Shown here: piece by piece, positions 59,609 to 64,000 of the stretch | Position numbering within the stretch: the first letter of the stretch is position 1 | Layout of the letters: each line of letters begins with the position of its first letter | Origin: an uncultured Anaerolinea sp. | GTDB taxonomy: Bacteria > Chloroflexota > Anaerolineae > JAAEKA01 | Assembly (NCBI GenBank): GCA_964626845.1 | Contig: CAZVGR010000007.1 | Location: 4,820-68,819 of the forward strand | Reading direction: 5' to 3' | Length of the DNA stretch: 64,000 nucleotides | Translations under genes and position numbers: made by a program | The notes under the pieces: generated by a model | Databases searched by the model: none | Told to the model about the DNA's origin: nothing | The model's input: only the letters and a program-made list of their open reading frames with translations

Positions 59609-59619
59609 CGGGAACCTCG

Positions 59620-59850
59620 CTACAGTGCTGTGATCTCGGGAATGTGCTCGTCTTCGTACTTTTCGATCAGCACGCCGAGCACTTCCATGAGAGACGCCAG
59701 CGGATGCGATTCGTCCTCGCCGACCTCGTCGATCAGGAAATCAAGCAAGCTCACCGTCTCTTCATAGTCCACTTCGTTGCTCGGCACACGGACCACTGGC
59801 GCTACTGTCGGCCATAACTTCACAACCTGCTGTGCTCTTGTAGCTAACAT
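59620..59850 (-). CDS. HigA-like antitoxin fragment lacking the C-terminal HTH
   Basis: 'EETVSLLDFLIDEVGEDESHPLASLMEVLGVLIEKYEDEHIPE' resembles the N-terminal half of HigB-partner antitoxins. The ATG at 59850 lies 4 nt after the higB stop, with a GGAAGGAA RBS. The alternative track start is 59889. Confidence 0.55.
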   Translation of the reverse strand: MLATRAQQVVKLWPTVAPVVRVPSNEVDYEETVSLLDFLIDEVGEDESHPLASLMEVLGVLIEKYEDEHIPEITAL

Positions 59851-59854
59851 GGCT

Positions 59855-60142
59855 TCATTCCTTCCATTTGCCTTGATCATACTCTTCATGAGTCAGAACA
59901 GCGCGAATATAGACCTTGCGTCGATTGTAATGAATGGCGGCGACCAATCGAGCCTTGTTCCCGCCAATATTGAACACCGTTAGCTTGCCAACCTGATCGG
60001 CGCTTGGAAAGACAGATCGCAGATCGGCAAAGGACGAGAAATTGCGGGACTTCATCAAGCGGTACCATTGCTGCAAAGCTGACTTGGTGCCAGAATGCTT
60101 GGTTGCGTAATCATTGAGTCTCTTGCGGGTGATTATGTGCAT
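59855..60142 (-). CDS. higB: HigB-family type II toxin (RelE fold)
   Basis: 'MHIITRKRLNDYA...WYRLMKSRNFSSFADLRSVFPSADQVGKLTVFNIGGNKARLVAAIHYNRRKVYIRAVLTHEEYDQGKW' closely matches the HigB_toxin family pattern. Confidence 0.85.
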   Translation of the reverse strand: MHIITRKRLNDYATKHSGTKSALQQWYRLMKSRNFSSFADLRSVFPSADQVGKLTVFNIGGNKARLVAAIHYNRRKVYIRAVLTHEEYDQGKWKE

Positions 60143-60177
60143 CTTGGCGTTGACTCCCTCCGGAACAACATCTATCG

Positions 60178-60888
60178 TCACAACCGCGCCAGAAGCTGCT
60201 GCTTCTTTTGCTCGAATTCCTGCTCGGTCAACACACCAGCCGTGCGAAGTTGGTCAAGCGCTTTGATCAGGTTTACTTTCTCAGACGCGCCAGAATCTGG
60301 TGGGCCAGCAACAGGTTCAGTCACGAGCTTGCCGTCGCGCTCAATTGCAGTATTGAGCAGTTGACAAACCTGATCGCCGTCTGTGGCCTTGAACGCTGTG
60401 TACCACAAGTGTCCACCGTTCCTGAATCCTATGCCAAGCTCGGTCAAGGAGTGGGAGGCGCCATTCTTTTGATTGATCTCGTAGTTGGTTCGCGTGACGC
60501 CCTCGATCTTATCGTAGCGGTAGTCATAAATGTAAACGAAGTCAGCGTCCTTTGCTGTAATCGGAATCGGAAACCGATCCTTACCATACCTGTCAGTATC
60601 TACCCATCTACGGTCAATCTGGTGCTTGCCTGACCCCACCCGAAAGTAGCTTTCACTTATGACAATCTCGGACTTCTTACTGCTGGTGATAGCCAAGAAT
60701 CTCTTGTCAAGCAGTATCATGAAACCCCACTCGGGTGAAAATCTGGAATCCACGTTTAGTGTCAAGCCGGCCGCGTAGAAGATCGACTCGCCAACATAGA
60801 CGCGATTTTTGCACTGATCCAAGAATGCTGCGTGGAAGCACGGACTCAAAATGCCGAGAACCTGGTCCTGTGTCATTGGTAGAGGCAT
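60178..60888 (-). CDS. Hypothetical protein with C-terminal SHOCT domain
   Basis: The C-terminus 'LIKALDQLRTAGVLTEQEFEQKKQQLLARL' is the SHOCT motif. The ATG at 60888 is preceded by GGAG. The track GTG start at 60945 has no RBS. Confidence 0.6.
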   Translation of the reverse strand: MPLPMTQDQVLGILSPCFHAAFLDQCKNRVYVGESIFYAAGLTLNVDSRFSPEWGFMILLDKRFLAITSSKKSEIVISESYFRVGSGKHQIDRRWVDTDRYGKDRFPIPITAKDADFVYIYDYRYDKIEGVTRTNYEINQKNGASHSLTELGIGFRNGGHLWYTAFKATDGDQVCQLLNTAIERDGKLVTEPVAGPPDSGASEKVNLIKALDQLRTAGVLTEQEFEQKKQQLLARL

Positions 60889-61028
60889 GTTCCACTCCGA
60901 GTACGGCTCTGCATGTGAAGAGTTCTGGCGCTGATGGATAACCACAGTAAAGGATCAGACACGCTTGAGATTCTTGAAGCGCGCATACGCTAGAGAGAGT
61001 ATAGCGTCAAACATTCATCAGGTCAACT

Positions 61029-61068
61029 AACAAACCCGGCGTCAAATAGAGATGACGCCGGATTTGTT
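61029..61068 (-). terminator. 16-bp hairpin downstream of asnS
   Basis: AACAAACCCGGCGTCA-N8-TGACGCCGGATTTGTT. Confidence 0.5.
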
Positions 61069-61098
61069 GTCTTTCCAAAACAAGCTGAGAGATCGGGT

Positions 61099-62412
61099 TT
61101 ACGGATAGAACCGCCTGTATAGCCGCGGGAACGGCAGCGCCTCTCGAATGTGCGGCAGGCCGCCCAGCCACATCAGCACCCGCTCCAGGCCCATGCCGAA
61201 GCCGCTGTGCGGCTGGGTGCCGTACTGGCGCAGGTCCAGGTACCACTCGTAGGCCTCGCGCGGCAGCTTGTGGGCGTCGATGGCGTCCAGCAGCACCCCG
61301 AAGTCATGCATGCGCTGGCTGCCGCCCACGATCTCGCCGTAGCCCTCGGGCGCGATCAGGTCGCAGGCCAGCACGGTGTCGGGCCGCTCTGGGTCGGGCT
61401 GCATGTAGAAGGCCTTGACCCCGCGCGGGTAGTGGTGGACGAAGACCGGCTTGTCGAACTGGGCGCTGATGGCGTCCTCGTGCGGCGCGCCGAAGTCCTC
61501 GCCCCAGGGGAAGTCGGGGTAGCCGTTGGCGTGCAGCAGCTTGACCGCATCGTCGTAGTGGATGCGCGGGAAGGGAGGGACCACGGCCTGCAAGCGGGTG
61601 GTGTCACGGCCTAACACGGCCAGGTCGTCGGCGCGCTGCTCCAGCACCGTCTGCACACAGTAACTGACGAACTGCTCGATCACTTCCATGTTCTCGACCA
61701 GGTCGGTGAAGGCCATCTCCGGCTCCACCATCCAGAACTCCATGGCGTGGCGGCGGGTGTCGGACTTTTCGGCGCGGAAGGTGGGGCCGAAGCAGTAGAC
61801 GCGGCCCAGGGCGTAGATGTTGGCCTCGTTGTAGAGCTGGCCGGTCTGGGCCAGGTAGGCCGGCTCGTCGAAGTACTTGGTAGCGAAGAGGTTGGTCGTG
61901 CCCTCGGCGGCCGACGGCGTGATGATAGGCGTGTCCACCAGGGTGAAGCCGTTGCCGTCCAGCCAGTCGCGGATGGCCTTGACCAGGGTGGCGCGCATGC
62001 GCAGGATGGCCGTCTGGCGCGGGTCGCGCAGCCAGAGGTGGCGGTGGTTGAGCAGGAAATCACTGCCGTGCTCGCCGCCGTCGCGCTTGGGCGCCAGCGG
62101 GTAGGGATCGGCCGCGCGGCCGACCACCTCGAAAGCCGCGGCGTCCAGCTCATAGCCGCCCGGCGCGCGCGGCTCCGCCCGCAGGGCGCCGCTGATGGCC
62201 ACGGCCGACTCCAGCGTGATGTAGCGGGCGGCCTCGAACTGCTCCTCGGGCAGGTTCTTCTTGAAGACGACGCACTGCATAGCGCCGCTGCCGTCGCGCA
62301 GCGTGATGAACTGTAGCTTGCCCTTGTCGGCACGCTTCTGCACCCAGCCGGTGAGGGTGACGTCCTGGCCGACGTGGTCGGCAGCTTGGTTGATTTTGAT
62401 GGGGGTGGACAA
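61099..62412 (-). CDS. asnS: Asparagine--tRNA ligase
   Basis: Class IIb aaRS. '[21 protein letters not shown]', '[22 protein letters not shown]' and 'GGSQR' favour AsnRS over AspRS. Confidence 0.8.
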   Translation of the reverse strand: MSTPIKINQAADHVGQDVTLTGWVQKRADKGKLQFITLRDGSGAMQCVVFKKNLPEEQFEAARYITLESAVAISGALRAEPRAPGGYELDAAAFEVVGRAADPYPLAPKRDGGEHGSDFLLNHRHLWLRDPRQTAILRMRATLVKAIRDWLDGNGFTLVDTPIITPSAAEGTTNLFATKYFDEPAYLAQTGQLYNEANIYALGRVYCFGPTFRAEKSDTRRHAMEFWMVEPEMAFTDLVENMEVIEQFVSYCVQTVLEQRADDLAVLGRDTTRLQAVVPPFPRIHYDDAVKLLHANGYPDFPWGEDFGAPHEDAISAQFDKPVFVHHYPRGVKAFYMQPDPERPDTVLACDLIAPEGYGEIVGGSQRMHDFGVLLDAIDAHKLPREAYEWYLDLRQYGTQPHSGFGMGLERVLMWLGGLPHIREALPFPRLYRRFYP

Positions 62413-62429
62413 AGTAGGTTACCCTTCCT

Positions 62430-62636
62430 TTAGAGTGGCTGTAGGGCTGCAGGTAACGGGCGCTTCATGTCTTCATACAGTTCAATCACTGCAACCAGCG
62501 CATCAGCCACATGGGGATAGATCTCCGAAGCGTCATTAGCCTCGGTAATCAGCTCTGGCAGGAGCGGACAAGTGATCGTATATCCGCCTTCTGGCTGCGG
62601 TTCAAGGACAAGTGGAAGTTTGTAAATACTGTTCAT
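62430..62636 (-). CDS. HicB-like (UPF0150) antitoxin-fold protein
   Basis: 'LPLVLEPQPEGGYTITCPLLPELITEANDASEIYPHVADAL' matches the HicB N-terminal domain pattern. Confidence 0.65.
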   Translation of the reverse strand: MNSIYKLPLVLEPQPEGGYTITCPLLPELITEANDASEIYPHVADALVAVIELYEDMKRPLPAALQPL

Positions 62637-62905
62637 TGGTTTCTCTCTTCCCAGATGAGCCTGCGTTCCTCTTCCAAACCCTGTAGCAACTCCGCCAAGC
62701 TGACGCCTGCTTCCTGCATCATGCCTGAAAACTGAAGCGAGAGCTCAGGAATCCTGGCATCTCGGCGCGACAACAGGAGAACGTCCTCAATCTGCACCAG
62801 ACTCAGCACGTCGCCTGCTTTGATAGCAAGGCTCTTACGAACGGCTTGCGGTAGCGTAATCTGTCCTTGCTCGCCGACGCGCAGCGTGTAGCCAGACTGT
62901 GTCAT
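62633..62905 (-). CDS. AbrB/MazE/SpoVT-family DNA-binding protein
   Basis: 'LRVGEQGQITLPQAVRKSLAIKAGDVLSLV' is the swapped-hairpin motif. ATGA overlaps the downstream HicB-like gene. Confidence 0.7.
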   Translation of the reverse strand: MTQSGYTLRVGEQGQITLPQAVRKSLAIKAGDVLSLVQIEDVLLLSRRDARIPELSLQFSGMMQEAGVSLAELLQGLEEERRLIWEERNQ

Positions 62906-62927
62906 GTCGCCTTCACCGTGATAGGTG

Positions 62928-62965
62928 CTGAGCTGCGCTTGGTTGATCTACCAGGCGCAGCTCAG
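62928..62965 (-). terminator. 11-bp hairpin after the malic enzyme gene
   Basis: CTGAGCTGCGC-N16-GCGCAGCTCAG. No U-tract follows. Confidence 0.4.
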
Positions 62966-62974
62966 GCAATCATC

Positions 62975-64000
62975 TCAACACACGTATGACTCATAGCGCG
63001 GCTCGTACATCGCCGCCCGGGCTGCAGCCACCAGGTCGGCCGGCTGGGGCACGGTGGCCAGGCCGCGGTCGTAGGCCACCTGGGCCGTGGCCGCAGCGAT
63101 GTAGGCCGACACCTCGCGGATGCGCTCCAGTCCCGGGTAGACGCGGCCCAGGGCCAGATCGTCCTCGGTGACCAGCCCAGCCAGCGCCTTGGCCGAGGCC
63201 AGGAACATCTCGTCGGGGATGCGGATGGCCCCGGACAAAATCACGCCCAGCCCCACGCCGGGGAAGACGTAAGAGTTGTTGCCCTGGCCCGGCACCAGCC
63301 GCTTGCCATTGTACTCCATGGGCGGGAAGGGGCTGCCGCTGGCGAAGATCGCCTTGCCGTCGGACCAGGTGTAGGCCTCCTCGGCGGTACACTCCGACTT
63401 GGAGGTGGGGTTGGAGAGGGCGAAGATGATCGGCTTCTCGTTGAGCCGGGTCATGGCCTCGACGATGGGCTGGGTGAAGGCCTTGCCCGCGCCGGCCACG
63501 CCGATCAGCCCCGTCGGCTTGAGCGTCTCGACCGCGGCCAGGAAGTCGCCGATGAAGGGGTGCTCGTGCGCGTAGGGCCGCTTGTGCGCCACCAGATCTG
63601 TGCGTTCAGCCACCACCAGCCCTTTGGAGTCGAAGAACCAGCAGCGCTGCCGCGCCTCGGCCTCGCTCAGCCCTTCCTCCATCATGGCGGTCACGATCAG
63701 GTCGCCGATGCCGATGCCGGCCTCGCCCGCGCCGTAGAACAGGTACTTGTGATCGCTCAGGCTGCCGCCTGTCAGGCGCAGCGACGCGTACAGCCCGGCC
63801 AGCACCACGCCGGCCGTGCCCTGGATGTCGTCGTCGAAGGTGCAGATGCGGTCGCGGTATTCGTGCAACAGACGGAAGGCGTTGGCGTTGCCGAAGTCCT
63901 CGAACTGCACGATGGCGCGCGGGTAGACCTGCTGCGTAGCCTGGATGAACTCCTCCACCAGCGCATCGTAGGCCTCGCCGCGCACGCGCTGGTGCGGCAG
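62975..64000 (-). CDS. NAD(P)-dependent malic enzyme, C-terminal part (5' end outside window)
   Basis: 'FEDFGNANAFRLLHEYRDRICTFDDDIQGTAGVVLAGL' and 'FYGAGEAGIGIGDLI' are malic-enzyme NAD-binding region motifs. The ORF is open to the window edge. Confidence 0.88.
   Translation of the reverse strand: MPHQRVRGEAYDALVEEFIQATQQVYPRAIVQFEDFGNANAFRLLHEYRDRICTFDDDIQGTAGVVLAGLYASLRLTGGSLSDHKYLFYGAGEAGIGIGDLIVTAMMEEGLSEAEARQRCWFFDSKGLVVAERTDLVAHKRPYAHEHPFIGDFLAAVETLKPTGLIGVAGAGKAFTQPIVEAMTRLNEKPIIFALSNPTSKSECTAEEAYTWSDGKAIFASGSPFPPMEYNGKRLVPGQGNNSYVFPGVGLGVILSGAIRIPDEMFLASAKALAGLVTEDDLALGRVYPGLERIREVSAYIAAATAQVAYDRGLATVPQPADLVAAARAAMYEPRYESYVC

Overview
High-GC bacterial chromosome segment (GC judged by eye, not computed). 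The REP-like repeat style and gene content resemble a filamentous Chloroflexota-type genome, but that is a low-confidence inference. No rRNA, tRNA, CRISPR array, transposase or integrase was recognised.

Gene content, left to right:
(1) 1-14.9 kb: a chito-oligosaccharide/beta-glucoside locus. It holds the tail of an ABC permease, GH4, ChbG-like deacetylase, GlcNAc kinase, GH94 phosphorylase, GH3, GH20, a VOC protein, a clan GH-A lipoprotein and a second GH94.
(2) 14.95-22.5 kb: a visibly lower-GC island. It encodes membrane or secreted proteins of unknown function, plus a membrane-tethered winged-helix regulator translationally coupled to a TM-anchored family-5 solute-binding protein.
(3) 22.5-32.2 kb: a GH-A/GH18 fusion lipoprotein, a ROK-like kinase, nagA, a SIS-type deaminase and a fused CoA-transferase. 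Two low-GC toxin-antitoxin cassettes are interleaved here (UPF0175/DUF3368 and VapBC).
(4) 32.5-52.9 kb: a beta-glucan utilisation locus. It holds a 1209-aa cytoplasmic LacI-ligand-domain/HK/REC/AraC hybrid regulator, an orphan 70-aa LacI HTH, an ABC importer and DUF1269. It also holds a 1694-aa GH16 laminarinase-type protein with long near-identical internal repeats, GH30, a 1157-aa GH94-clan-like candidate phosphorylase and a secreted protein.
(5) 52.9-61 kb: a second lower-GC island. It holds a 4-gene operon of unknown function (zinc ribbon, TPR-TM and two small proteins), divergent from a LuxR-type two-component system. A SHOCT protein, HigB, an HTH-less HigA and DUF4058 follow.
(6) 61-64 kb: asnS preceded by AbrB-like and HicB-like genes, then a partial malic enzyme.

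The most unusual signal is an abundance of palindromic repeat families. Several lie in frame inside coding sequence or supply a gene's stop codon or interdomain linker.
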